Assembly (NCBI GenBank): GCA_963714015.1
Contig: OY970223.1
Coordinates: 576,001-640,000, forward strand
Origin: Vulcanimicrobiota bacterium
GTDB taxonomy: Bacteria > Vulcanimicrobiota > Vulcanimicrobiia > Vulcanimicrobiales > Vulcanimicrobiaceae
Length of the DNA stretch: 64,000 nucleotides
Reading direction: 5' to 3'
Under the pieces are notes generated by a model. The model searched no databases, was not told where the DNA came from, and saw only the letters and a list, made by a program, of their open reading frames with translations. The position numbers and the translations under genes are program-made. Position 1 is the stretch's first letter; every line of letters starts with the position of its first letter. Of the stretch, positions 28,289 to 38,080 are shown in pieces.

Positions 28289-30896
28289 TGGTTTCCTCCA
28301 CGTCGTACCAGTTTTTGCCGACCTTCAGCGTGACGGCGAGCGGCACGCTCAGCTCGACCACGTTTTCCATTTCGGCGCGGACCAGGTCCGCAACGTCGCG
28401 CAGTTGCCGATCCCGAACTTCGAAGATCAACTCGTCGTGAATCTGCAGCAGCATTCGGGCGTCCAAGCCGTCCCGAGCCAGACCGCCGTCGATCCGAACC
28501 ATTGCGAGCTTCATGATGTCGGCCGCACTGCCTTGTAACGGAGCATTGGTGGCTTCCCGTTCCGCCGCCGAGCGAAGCATATAGTTGCTGGAGCGAAGCG
28601 CCGGCATGTAACGCCGCCGTCCCAACAATGTCGAGACGTAACCCTGAGCGCGCCCCTGCTCGATGACGCTCTCGATATATGCGCGTACCGAAGGGAAGCG
28701 CGCGAAGTAAGCCGCCGTCATCTCCTTGGCCTCGGCGCGGCTGATCTCCAGGCGTTGCGCCAGACCGAAATCGGACATGCCGTAGAGCAATCCGAAATTC
28801 ACTGACTTGGCGATTCGCCGCTGGTTGTGATCGGCGCCGGTTCCTGCCGGAACGTTGAAGATCTGACGCGCCGTAAAGTCATGAATGTCGGCGCCCTCGT
28901 GAAACGCCCGGCGCATCGCTTCGTCCCCGGATAGATGCGCCATCAAGCGCAGCTCGATCTGGCTGTAGTCCGCCGCGAGCAGAACGTAGCCGTCCTTCGG
29001 CGCGACGAACGCCCGCCGGATGCGCCGCCCGAGCTCGCCGCGGACGGGAATGTTCTGCAGATTCGGATTTGTAGAACTGAGCCTTCCGGTTGCCGTTGCC
29101 GTTTGATTGAAGATCGTGCGCAAACGGCCGTCTTGTTTGTCGGCAAGTTCGGGAATGACGTCGATATACGTGTTCTTGAGTTTGGTAACTTCGCGGTATT
29201 CGAGCACGCGCGCACAAATGGGATAATCGCGCGAGAGCCCTTGCAGCACTTCAACGCCGGTCGCCCACCCCGTCTTGGTTTTCTTTCCTCCGGGAATGCA
29301 GAGTCTGCCGAAGAGGATGTTGCCTAATTGCTGAGGAGAGCCTATGTTGAACTGCTCGCCGGCGAGATCGTAGATCTCTTTCTGCAGGCGTCCTATCGAG
29401 GTATCCACTTCCTGCGCCAAGCTCTCCAGCTCGCGCGGATCGACGAGCACCCCGGTCCATTCCATCTTAGCCAGCACCGGAGCCAGCGGCACCTCGACGT
29501 TTTCGTAGAGACGCAATTGTTCGCGCGCTTCCAATTCCGCTCGCTCTTTTTCGATCAACTGCAGAACCACGTCCGCATGCGCCGCAACGTCCTCTCCGGC
29601 GGAGAGCGCAAGGTTCTCTTGCGCCGCCTCTTCTATTTCCGCGAACGTCCGCGACGGGTTGAGCAGATGCGCCCCAATCATCGCATCGTCCGCGAACACG
29701 CGCGGTTCGAAGCCGCGATCGTGCAGCAGGCGGAGCACCGCTTTGACGTCGTGCGCGCCTAAACGCTGTCCGCCGAGCCACAGTTTCTCGAACGCTGCCC
29801 TCACCGGCCCATGCGCGAGCGCACCGGCCAGAAATGAGAGGCCCGTGCCGCGCTCGGCGCTGATTCCAATCTCGCCGTCGAGTTTGACGGCGAAAGCCAG
29901 CTGCCGCGCACCGGCGAGCGCCTCGATCTCCCGCGCAAGCTCCGCGTACTCGGGAGGATCGGTGGCGGAAATATATGACCGGTACCGTCCCTTCACGCGT
30001 TCCTGCGTCTCGAGCAACGGCATCTCGACCGGAACGTCGAGCTTGTTCAAAAGCGTCTTGAACTCGAGCTCGCTATAGAGACGATAGAGTTCGTCATTCG
30101 AAGGCGGCGTGTACTTGGACTCCTCCCAATCGATCGCGATCGGCAGATTCTTATTCGCGACGGAAACGTCGCGGCAGATCTGCGCCTGTTTGCCGAAGTC
30201 CTCAACCAGTTTCTGAAGCTTCGCCGTTCCGGCGAGCTGCGGATTTTCAACCAGACGATCGAGTGAGCCCGCGGCCTTGATCAATTTGATCGCCGTTTTT
30301 TCGCCGACGCCGGGAATGCCCGGCAGATTGTCGGACGGATCGCCTTTGAGACCGCGGTAGTCCGGAAGCTGCGAAGGATCCAAACCATCGTAACGCTCGC
30401 GAACGGCCGCCAAGTCGTACCGGCCCAGCTCGGTGATTCCCCGGCGCGTCATCAACACCGTCGTGCGATCGTCGACGACCTGCATGAGATCCGTGTCGCC
30501 GGTGACGACCACCGTCTCTTCCCCTGCCTCCTCGATTTGACGCGCGAGCGTCGCGATCACGTCGTCCGCTTCTTCGCCTTCGACCTCGACGATCGGAATG
30601 CGGTTCACCGCCAGAATCTGCCGCACGAGCGCGAACTGACTGCGCAAGTCGTCCGGCATTTGATCGCGCTGCGCCTTGTAATGCTGATACAGCGCCACAC
30701 GGTGCGCCGGAAGCCCCTTGTCGAACGCCGCCACGATGTGCGTGGGTTTTTCGTCGCCGGCGATCTTGTTCAGCATCATCGTAAAGCCGTACGCTGCATT
30801 GATCGGCTGGCCGCGCGTCGTCGTCAGCGGCGGCAGCGCAAAAAACGCTCGATAGATGAGCCCGTAGCTGTCGAGGAGCATGACTTTAGCGGCCAT
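28278..30896 (-). CDS. polA: DNA polymerase I
   Basis: 5'-3' exonuclease (YRAFFALP, EADD, GDPSDN), TGRLSS, DYSQIELR, K.VNFG..YG, QIHDEL. Confidence 0.97.
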   Translation of the reverse strand: MAAKVMLLDSYGLIYRAFFALPPLTTTRGQPINAAYGFTMMLNKIAGDEKPTHIVAAFDKGLPAHRVALYQHYKAQRDQMPDDLRSQFALVRQILAVNRIPIVEVEGEEADDVIATLARQIEEAGEETVVVTGDTDLMQVVDDRTTVLMTRRGITELGRYDLAAVRERYDGLDPSQLPDYRGLKGDPSDNLPGIPGVGEKTAIKLIKAAGSLDRLVENPQLAGTAKLQKLVEDFGKQAQICRDVSVANKNLPIAIDWEESKYTPPSNDELYRLYSELEFKTLLNKLDVPVEMPLLETQERVKGRYRSYISATDPPEYAELAREIEALAGARQLAFAVKLDGEIGISAERGTGLSFLAGALAHGPVRAAFEKLWLGGQRLGAHDVKAVLRLLHDRGFEPRVFADDAMIGAHLLNPSRTFAEIEEAAQENLALSAGEDVAAHADVVLQLIEKERAELEAREQLRLYENVEVPLAPVLAKMEWTGVLVDPRELESLAQEVDTSIGRLQKEIYDLAGEQFNIGSPQQLGNILFGRLCIPGGKKTKTGWATGVEVLQGLSRDYPICARVLEYREVTKLKNTYIDVIPELADKQDGRLRTIFNQTATATGRLSSTNPNLQNIPVRGELGRRIRRAFVAPKDGYVLLAADYSQIELRLMAHLSGDEAMRRAFHEGADIHDFTARQIFNVPAGTGADHNQRRIAKSVNFGLLYGMSDFGLAQRLEISRAEAKEMTAAYFARFPSVRAYIESVIEQGRAQGYVSTLLGRRRYMPALRSSNYMLRSAAEREATNAPLQGSAADIMKLAMVRIDGGLARDGLDARMLLQIHDELIFEVRDRQLRDVADLVRAEMENVVELSVPLAVTLKVGKNWYDVEETNDL

Positions 30897-30922
30897 CTGA
30901 TCCCAAATATGCCGGCTTCAGC

Positions 30923-31083
30923 GCTTCGGGCGGTGGGGTAGGCTGCGGAAAGAACGCTCGAAAATCGCCGTCCATGGCGATTTTCTGCTTGCTGCATTTT
31001 CGCGAGACAAGTGATGAAGAAACCATCCTGGTTTGCGCGAAAATAGCAGACATCTTTCCGCAGCCTACCCCTCCGCCCGAAGC
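30923..31083. repeat. ~160-nt element with 31-bp terminal inverted repeats and internal hairpins (structured ncRNA or MITE/REPIN-like)
   Basis: 30923-30953 vs 31053-31083 match 30/31 as an inverted repeat; internal stems at 30960-30985 and about 30992-31049. Confidence 0.8.
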
Positions 31084-31142
31084 ACTTAGCGTCTCAGCTG
31101 TAGGATATGCGGCAAAAAGCATGCGATCTTCGAGAGCTACGG

Positions 31143-33503
31143 TCACTGAACGATCAGGTCTGAGGAGGCGGCTGTGACGCGGCCGTCGTCGTCGATCTTG
31201 AGCAAGGACAGATGGTATTTGCCGGGTTGATCGGGGACGAGGATCTGCGTCGAGTCGCCGGCGCGGCGATCGACGCGCCAGAATACGCTGCTGGTGCTCG
31301 CTTCGGTCATCGTGAGATCGGCGGGGGGCGCCGAGCGGCGTAAGAACGTTTGCACCAAGGGATGTTCGCCGGTGGAATCGACGCCGGGATGCCAGGAAGA
31401 AGCGCCGGATGCGGTGTCTTGCGTTGCCGTGGTACCGATGGCCAGCAAATCGGGCGCGTTGGAGAAGAACGCGGAGCCGGTTGGAAGTCCCTTGGTGATG
31501 CGCACGACTATCGTTCCGGTTCCGGGGCGCACGCCGTCGAGCGTTGCAGTCGCGACGGCGCCCGGTGCGTAGGCCGTTTTATCGAGCATCAGCGCTGCCT
31601 GAAGCGGACGCCCCGGTGCATCGACAATTACGGGAACCGAGCTCCATTGAACCTCGCCGTCGCGAACGAAGGCGGCGCCCACTGAAAGCATCCCCGGTCC
31701 GTCCTCGATTTTGAACGATGCGTGCGCGCGTCCGCCGCCGGCCGGCACGACGCGAATCTCCGTCGATGCGCCGCTCTCCATCGTCACGAGCGCCGAACCC
31801 TGCGCGCCCGGGAGTTCCGCGTCGACTTGCGCGACGTCGCCGGCTGCGTAGCGCCGGCGATCTAGAACGATGCGAACGTTCTGATTACCGGACGCATCCT
31901 GCATCTGCATGGTTTGTGGTTCCACCGTGACTTCCGCCGCATCCATTGCGCGTCCGGAAATCGCAACGATGAGGTTGGAACCCTCCTGCGGCGAGCTGAA
32001 CGAGCCGTGCGCGTGCCCGCGATCGTCGAGCGTAACGGTCTGCTGCTGAACGGAAGATCCGTGAACGAGCTGTACTTGAACCGGCAAAGCGGCGGCGGCC
32101 TTCCCGGTACCGGCGTCATTGCCGTAGACGTCGAATGCGGCCGGTTCGGTACTGCCGATGTCGGTACGATCGATCGAAACGCGCAATGCGATGCGATCGG
32201 TCGGGACCGTGATCCGCGTATCGGCTGTTGCACCGCCCGATGAGGCCCGCACGCCGTACGTGGACGCTAGCCCGTCTTCAGGATGCGGAATCTCTACGGT
32301 AGCGCGACCATCGCTTCCGGTTTGCACCGTCGCCGAATACCACTGCGCGATCCCCCACGGCGCCGAGTCTGCGTCGGCGATGTAAGCGTGCGGCGATCGA
32401 ATGACGTCCACGCTTACCTCAACGCCTGCAGCCGGTTGTTCATCGCGAAGGGCGCGAACGGCGAGCGGCACGTCTTGAGCGGGATTACAGGAGCTCTCGC
32501 AGAGCAGCGTTAGGTTCAATGAAAGACCGCCGGCATTGGCGTCGACGTGCAGCGAGGTTCCGGACGTCGCCCCATTAACCGTCGCCATGACGGTGTAATC
32601 TCCCGCGGCACTCCCCTGCGGTATGTGCAGCGCCGCATCGAACGCACCGGCGGCATCGAGCGGCGCCGACGTCTGCGCGACCACGCTGCCGTACGATCGC
32701 AACGCAATAACGGCCGTTCCGCTGCTCGCGCGCAGCCGCGAACCGTTCCGGGAACGCGCAAAACCGACCACGTGCAGATCGTCACCGGCATGAACGACCG
32801 CGCTGTCGGTCCGAACGGCAACGATCGTGGACGGCAACGGCGCCTGAGGCAAGAACGAAATGAATGCCGTGCTGCTTCCCCAGCTCGCCAGCGCGAACAC
32901 CGGGCGAGGCCTTCCGCGCCAGAAGACCAAACCGTCCGCATTGGTCAAGCGATCCTCAAACCGGCCGTTGACCACGAATGAAACGCGCATGTGCGCGAGC
33001 GGACGCCCGCCGCCCAAATCAACGCCGTACAGCGCGATGCCTTGCGGCGTTTCTTTTGAGACGAGACCGACGCGCGTTCGGTCGATCCACACTTGCTGCC
33101 CAATACCGGCGCGCCGTGCTTCGACCACAAAAAATCCCTCTCGAGATCCGAGGGGAAGATCGACGTCGTTGCTCTGAAAACGGTATCCGCCTGGCGGCGT
33201 ATACTGCCAGTGCGCGATCGGTTTCAGGCGTCGCGTATCGATTGCGCGCGGACGCGTATTAGAACCGGCCACGATGACGTCCGCCGGATCGACGCGATAC
33301 ACGCTGAAATCGAGCGGTGCGCTCGTAAAGGTGTCCAAGCGTACGCTCGTCGTTCTCCACGGCACGTTTGAATCGTGTGCGTAAAGCGCGAAATAGGCGT
33401 CCAGCCGGTGGTAGTCGAGAATCGGGCGCGCGGCGGGCGCCGGCAATCCGGCGCTAAGCAAAAGCGCGACCCCCAGTATCAGTGTGGAGAAACCGCGGAG
33501 CAT
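31143..33503 (-). CDS. Alpha-2-macroglobulin-like secreted protein (MG/Ig-like domains only)
   Basis: Signal peptide; GFFVVEA, VRTDSAVV.AGD.LHV.G..R, GAF...LHIP...GDY, LDRRRY.AGD, LDKTAYAPG MG-domain patterns. Confidence 0.65.
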   Translation of the reverse strand: MLRGFSTLILGVALLLSAGLPAPAARPILDYHRLDAYFALYAHDSNVPWRTTSVRLDTFTSAPLDFSVYRVDPADVIVAGSNTRPRAIDTRRLKPIAHWQYTPPGGYRFQSNDVDLPLGSREGFFVVEARRAGIGQQVWIDRTRVGLVSKETPQGIALYGVDLGGGRPLAHMRVSFVVNGRFEDRLTNADGLVFWRGRPRPVFALASWGSSTAFISFLPQAPLPSTIVAVRTDSAVVHAGDDLHVVGFARSRNGSRLRASSGTAVIALRSYGSVVAQTSAPLDAAGAFDAALHIPQGSAAGDYTVMATVNGATSGTSLHVDANAGGLSLNLTLLCESSCNPAQDVPLAVRALRDEQPAAGVEVSVDVIRSPHAYIADADSAPWGIAQWYSATVQTGSDGRATVEIPHPEDGLASTYGVRASSGGATADTRITVPTDRIALRVSIDRTDIGSTEPAAFDVYGNDAGTGKAAAALPVQVQLVHGSSVQQQTVTLDDRGHAHGSFSSPQEGSNLIVAISGRAMDAAEVTVEPQTMQMQDASGNQNVRIVLDRRRYAAGDVAQVDAELPGAQGSALVTMESGASTEIRVVPAGGGRAHASFKIEDGPGMLSVGAAFVRDGEVQWSSVPVIVDAPGRPLQAALMLDKTAYAPGAVATATLDGVRPGTGTIVVRITKGLPTGSAFFSNAPDLLAIGTTATQDTASGASSWHPGVDSTGEHPLVQTFLRRSAPPADLTMTEASTSSVFWRVDRRAGDSTQILVPDQPGKYHLSLLKIDDDGRVTAASSDLIVQ

Positions 33504-33563
33504 TCGCGTCTCCGGCTTCGACGGCAGGGAGTTCGGCCCTAGCGCGGCGTAAGCGCTCGCACT

Positions 33564-34101
33564 GTGAACCGGACTATCCTTCTTGTCGCGTGCATCGCGC
33601 TTTGCCGGCCCATCGGCGCATCGGCTGCCCCGACGTCTCCGGCAGGCATGCCGACGATCCATCTGCCGGACAAACCGCTCCACGCCCACTTGCTGGTTGA
33701 AGTCAACCAGAAAGGGCAGGTCGTTCGCGTCAGCTCACGGCCAACTCTCCGGCGATCGCAGTTTCGACGTTATGGCAATCGGCAATGCGATGCAGATGTG
33801 GATACGCCATCCCGACGGGAAGGCGGAGCCGGGACTATACGACGTCAGCTACGATTACGATCCCAAAACGCACAACGTTCAGCGCCATCCCTCGCTGGTA
33901 AAATCAGGCGGCAGCTGGTCAAACTCACCGGGCGCGGCTACGATTATCATCAAAGACATGCAGCGCGAAGCGCTCGAGACCGCGGCACGCCTCAAAGCAG
34001 ATCAAATGAAGCAAGAGCAAGCGCGCTCTAAGGATCTTCCCGACATCAATGCGGCGGTCAAGCGCGCAATGAGTCATCCCACTGCCTCGCCGAAACCGTA
34101 A
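33564..34101 (+). CDS. Secreted protein with TonB C-terminal-like motif (+1 frameshift at about 33735)
   Basis: Signal peptide; LVEVNQKGQVVRV|...SGDRSFDVMAI; the two overlapping ORFs join by a one-base deletion. Confidence 0.55.
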
Positions 34102-34119
34102 GAACTCCGCAAAGCCGGT

Positions 34120-34297
34120 TTGGCGCAGCCCCGGCGACGACGTCGAACGCAACTGCCGTTCCAAAGACGCCTATCAGAGCGAGTCACACGCACGCGCCTT
34201 CGCCGCCATGCAGCCCGTCGCGTTGTACGCATACGAATGCAGGCATTGCGGCCTGTGGCACCTAACGCGACGCCGGGACACGCCATGCGATACGTAA
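34120..34297 (+). CDS. Small putative zinc-finger protein (start uncertain), absent from ORF track
   Basis: Frame from 34133 reads GDDVERNCRSKDAYQSESHARAFAAMQPVALYAYECRHCGLWHLTRRRDTPCDT*; TTG 34120 is in frame if one C of CCCC 34129-34132 is removed. Confidence 0.55.
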
Positions 34298-35127
34298 GTT
34301 TTTACCGGGATGGCCGCGCGCGGCCCGGTTTGCTGCAAGGCGAGACGATCACTCCGCTGGCGTGCGATTCGATGCTCGATTATCTGCGTTTGACCGAAGA
34401 CGAACGCGCTGCGCGCATCACGCCCGAAGCTCTGCCGCTGCGCGACGTGCAGCCGGCGGCACCGGTACGGCCGCAAAAAAACGTCTTCTGCGTTGGACGA
34501 AACTATTTGGAACACGCCAAGGAGGGCGCGCGCGCGCTCGGGCGCGAGCTCAAGCTGCCGGACGTGCCCGCGTTTTTCACGAAAGCTCCGACGGCCATCG
34601 CCGACCCCGACGCAACCCTGGAATTCCGAGCGGACGTTTCCAAAGAGATGGATTGGGAAGGCGAGCTTGCCGTCATCATCGGAAAGCGCATTAAAGACGT
34701 TTCAGAAGAAGAGGCGATGAGCGCCGTCTTCGGCTACACGTGCCTGAACGACATCACGGCGCGTGACCTCCAGCGAGCGCACCAGCAGTTTTTCAAAGGA
34801 AAGAGTCTGGATTCGAGTTGCCCGATGGGCCCGTGGATCGTCGGAGCCGACGAGATCCCGGATCCGCACCGGCTGCTCCTCTCGCTTCGCGTGAACGGTC
34901 ACCGCAAGCAGCAATCCGATACCGGACGAATGATTTTCAGGATTCCGCGGCTCATTGCCGAGCTTTCGATAGGCACGACCCTGGAGCCGGGCGACGTGAT
35001 CTCGACGGGAACGCCGGACGGCGTCGGATTCGCGCGCACGCCTCCTGAGTTTTTTCAAGACGGGGACGTGGTGGAGATCGCTATCCAGAAAATCGGCACG
35101 CTGCGCAATACCATCCGCATCATCTAA
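34285..35127 (+). CDS. Fumarylacetoacetate hydrolase family protein
   Basis: CVGRNY..H, FTKA, DWEGELAVIIG, NDITARD, GKS.D, GDVISTGTP.GVG. Confidence 0.93.
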   Translation: MRYVSFYRDGRARPGLLQGETITPLACDSMLDYLRLTEDERAARITPEALPLRDVQPAAPVRPQKNVFCVGRNYLEHAKEGARALGRELKLPDVPAFFTKAPTAIADPDATLEFRADVSKEMDWEGELAVIIGKRIKDVSEEEAMSAVFGYTCLNDITARDLQRAHQQFFKGKSLDSSCPMGPWIVGADEIPDPHRLLLSLRVNGHRKQQSDTGRMIFRIPRLIAELSIGTTLEPGDVISTGTPDGVGFARTPPEFFQDGDVVEIAIQKIGTLRNTIRII

Positions 35128-35184
35128 CCGAGACGCACGACAAACATCGCAGGGTTAAGCAACCTTGCGCTGAAAACGCGGCGC

Positions 35185-36330
35185 ATGAACGTTGCGGTAC
35201 CTCGCGAAGCGGCGCCGAACGAAACGCGCGTCGCCATCGTACCCGAAACCGCGGCAAGACTCGTCAAGGCGGGTGTTGCCGTAAAGGTTGCGCGCGGCGC
35301 GGGTGAACGCGCCGCTTTCCCCGACGAGCTCTATACGCAGGCCGGAGCGTCGATAGCCGACGAGCCGGCCGCATTACTTTCCGATGCGGATTTGGTCGTC
35401 ACCGTCGGCCGGCCCGACGAATCGGCGATCGCAGCAATCCCCAAGCACGCCGTTGTTCTCGGCCTGCTTGCGCCGCTGGGTGACGTTTCGTACGTCCAGC
35501 ATTTGGCGGACGCCGGAATTACGGCACTCTCGATGGATGCTATTCCTCGAATAACCCGCGCACAAAGCATGGACGCGCTGAGCTCGCAAAGCAATATCGC
35601 GGGATATAAATCCGTGCTTATGGCCGCGCTCGCGCTTCCAAAGTTCTTCCCGATGCTGACGACTGCAGCCGGTACGATTCCGCCGGCCAAAGTGCTGGTG
35701 CTCGGCGCAGGCGTCGCCGGTCTGCAAGCAATTGCGACGGCGCGCCGTCTGGGCGCGGTCGTGAGCGCCTACGATACGCGCGCTGTGGTCAAAGAGCAAG
35801 TTCAAAGTCTCGGCGCTACGTTTCTGGAGATCGACCTCGGCGTCGATGCGCAAACGGCGGGCGGCTATGCAAAGGAATTAACCCCGGAGCAGATTGAGAA
35901 ACAACGCAAGTTCATGGTGGACGCAATCGGCGCATCGGACGTCGTGATCACCACGGCGCTCGTACCGGGGCGGCGCGCACCGTTGCTCATCACCGAGGAA
36001 GCGGTAGCAGCGATGCGTCCCGGGTCGGTCATCGTTGACCTCGCGGCTGAGGCCGGCGGCAACTGCGCCCTTACGCGGCGCGACGAAACGGCGATCTCGC
36101 CGGGCGGCGTGCAGATCATCGGTCAAACGAACATCCCCTCGACGATGCCCTATCACGCATCGCAGCTCTACTCCCGCAACGTGTTCGCGCTGCTCGGCGT
36201 GCTGCTCAAAGACGGGGCCCTAACGCTTGACATGAGCGACGAGATCGCACGGGGCACGACCATCGTGCACGAAGGGAAGATCGTCCACCAACCGACGCTA
36301 GACGCACTTGCCACAGGAGCGGCTTCGTGA
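35185..36330 (+). CDS. pntA: NAD(P) transhydrogenase alpha subunit, domain I
   Basis: ETRVA, PRITRAQSMDALSSQ, GAGVAGL, DLAAEAGGNC. Confidence 0.95.
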   Translation: MNVAVPREAAPNETRVAIVPETAARLVKAGVAVKVARGAGERAAFPDELYTQAGASIADEPAALLSDADLVVTVGRPDESAIAAIPKHAVVLGLLAPLGDVSYVQHLADAGITALSMDAIPRITRAQSMDALSSQSNIAGYKSVLMAALALPKFFPMLTTAAGTIPPAKVLVLGAGVAGLQAIATARRLGAVVSAYDTRAVVKEQVQSLGATFLEIDLGVDAQTAGGYAKELTPEQIEKQRKFMVDAIGASDVVITTALVPGRRAPLLITEEAVAAMRPGSVIVDLAAEAGGNCALTRRDETAISPGGVQIIGQTNIPSTMPYHASQLYSRNVFALLGVLLKDGALTLDMSDEIARGTTIVHEGKIVHQPTLDALATGAAS

Positions 36331-36653
36331 GCGACATCGCATTCATTTCCTACCTTTTCGGATTGCTGCTGGTCTTAGCGCTCGCCATCTTCGTCGGCTT
36401 TGAGGTGATCTCGAAGGTTCCGACGACGCTGCATACACCGCTGATGTCGGCGACGAATGCAATTCACGGCGTCGTGCTGGTCGGCGCGATCTTCATCGTC
36501 GGCGATATCTTCAAAGGTTCGCTGAGCGGTCCGCTGCTGACCACGGTCGCGTTTATTGCGGTGACGCTCGGAACGATAAACGTCGCGGGCGGATTCGCGG
36601 TCACCGAGCGAATGCTCGAGATGTTCAAAAAGAAAGAGCCGGTGCGCAAGTGA
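36327..36653 (+). CDS. NAD(P) transhydrogenase alpha subunit, membrane part
   Basis: LHTPLMSATNAIHG, INVAGGF.VT.RML.MF. Confidence 0.93.
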   Translation: MSDIAFISYLFGLLLVLALAIFVGFEVISKVPTTLHTPLMSATNAIHGVVLVGAIFIVGDIFKGSLSGPLLTTVAFIAVTLGTINVAGGFAVTERMLEMFKKKEPVRK

Positions 36654-38080
36654 CGGCGTACGGCACCGCTCAGACGATCTTCTTTTACGCCGCAACCCTC
36701 GCGGCGGTCGTGCTCTTCATCAACGGCTTGCGTCTGCTGAGTTCGCCTGCGACCGCCCGCATCGGCAACCGTTATGCCGCGATAGGCATGCTGGTCGCGA
36801 TCATTGCGGCGGTCTGGCGGATCGACGCCGCCGGGTGGTGGGTGATTCTCGCAGGCGTCGCCGTTGGCGCAGTCGTGGGCATCTTCTCCGCGCTCAAGGT
36901 CAAAATGACCGCGATGCCGCAGATGGTCGCCCTTTTCAACGGTGCGGGCGGCGGCGCCGCAGCATGCATTTCGACTGCCGAATTCTTTTTGCTGGCAGCT
37001 ACAGGTGCGGCGATGTCGTTCGAGATGCGCCTGTTGACCTACGTTTCGCTGCTCGTGAGCGCGATTATCGGCGCCGTAAGTTTTTCGGGATCGATCGTTG
37101 CGTTTCTCAAGCTGCAGGAATGGATGACCGGTCGCCCCGTCACCTACAAGGGCCAGCAGGTCGTCAATGCATTTCTGGGCGCTGCGGTGCTCGTGCTGGC
37201 ATTGGGCATCATGGCGCGCGGCGGCGACGTTCCGTGGGTTTGGTACGTGGGAATGCTCGCGGCGGCGCTCATTTTCGGCGTCTTGTTCGTGCTGCCCATT
37301 GGCGGAGCCGACATGCCGGTCGTCATTTCGCTGCTCAACTCTTTCACGGGCGTGGCAGTCGCGATTACCGGCTTCGAGCTCGACAACCAGCTGCTCATCG
37401 TCAGCGGTACACTCGTCGGCGCCAGTGGTACGCTGCTGACGATCCTCATGGGTAAGGCGATGAATCGTCCGCTCACGAACGTGCTGTTCGGCGCTTTCGG
37501 CGCGGGGGGCGGAATGGAGCCGGCCGGCGCTGCAGGCGGCGCATCGCAGAATGTGCGCAGCACGACGGCCGACGATGTCGCCGTGATGCTTGCGTATGCC
37601 CATCAAGTGATCGTCGTCCCCGGATACGGCATGGCGGTCGCGCAAGCGCAGCACAGCGTGCGTGAGCTGGCGGACCAGCTCGAGAAGAAAGGCGTCTCCG
37701 TCAAATACGCGATCCATCCGGTTGCCGGACGCATGCCGGGGCACATGAACGTGCTGCTTGCCGAAGCGAACGTTCCCTATAACCAGCTCTACGACATGGA
37801 CGACATCAACCCGGAGTTTCCCCGCACGGACGTTGCGCTGATCATCGGCGCCAACGACGTAACCAATCCCGCCGCTCGCAATGTTCCATCATCGCCGATT
37901 TACGGTATGCCGATTCTCGATGTGGACAAAGCGGCCAACGTCATCGTACTCAAGCGGTCGATGCGCTCCGGCTTTGCGGGCATCGAAAACCCGCTCTACG
38001 AGGACGCAAAAACCGCGATGCTGTTCGGCGATGCCAAAGCGAGCGTCGATGCGCTCGTCCACGCCGTCAAAGCGCTCTAG
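36650..38080 (+). CDS. pntB: NAD(P) transhydrogenase beta subunit
   Basis: MPQMVA.FN, GGADMPVVISLLNS, PGYGMAVAQAQH, HPVAGRMPGHMNVLLAEA. Confidence 0.96.
   Translation: MTAYGTAQTIFFYAATLAAVVLFINGLRLLSSPATARIGNRYAAIGMLVAIIAAVWRIDAAGWWVILAGVAVGAVVGIFSALKVKMTAMPQMVALFNGAGGGAAACISTAEFFLLAATGAAMSFEMRLLTYVSLLVSAIIGAVSFSGSIVAFLKLQEWMTGRPVTYKGQQVVNAFLGAAVLVLALGIMARGGDVPWVWYVGMLAAALIFGVLFVLPIGGADMPVVISLLNSFTGVAVAITGFELDNQLLIVSGTLVGASGTLLTILMGKAMNRPLTNVLFGAFGAGGGMEPAGAAGGASQNVRSTTADDVAVMLAYAHQVIVVPGYGMAVAQAQHSVRELADQLEKKGVSVKYAIHPVAGRMPGHMNVLLAEANVPYNQLYDMDDINPEFPRTDVALIIGANDVTNPAARNVPSSPIYGMPILDVDKAANVIVLKRSMRSGFAGIENPLYEDAKTAMLFGDAKASVDALVHAVKAL

Noticed and set aside
30886..31177. Two opposite ORFs both containing FPQPTPPPEAL
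   Set aside because: The shared peptide is a by-product of the inverted repeat; no evidence of coding.
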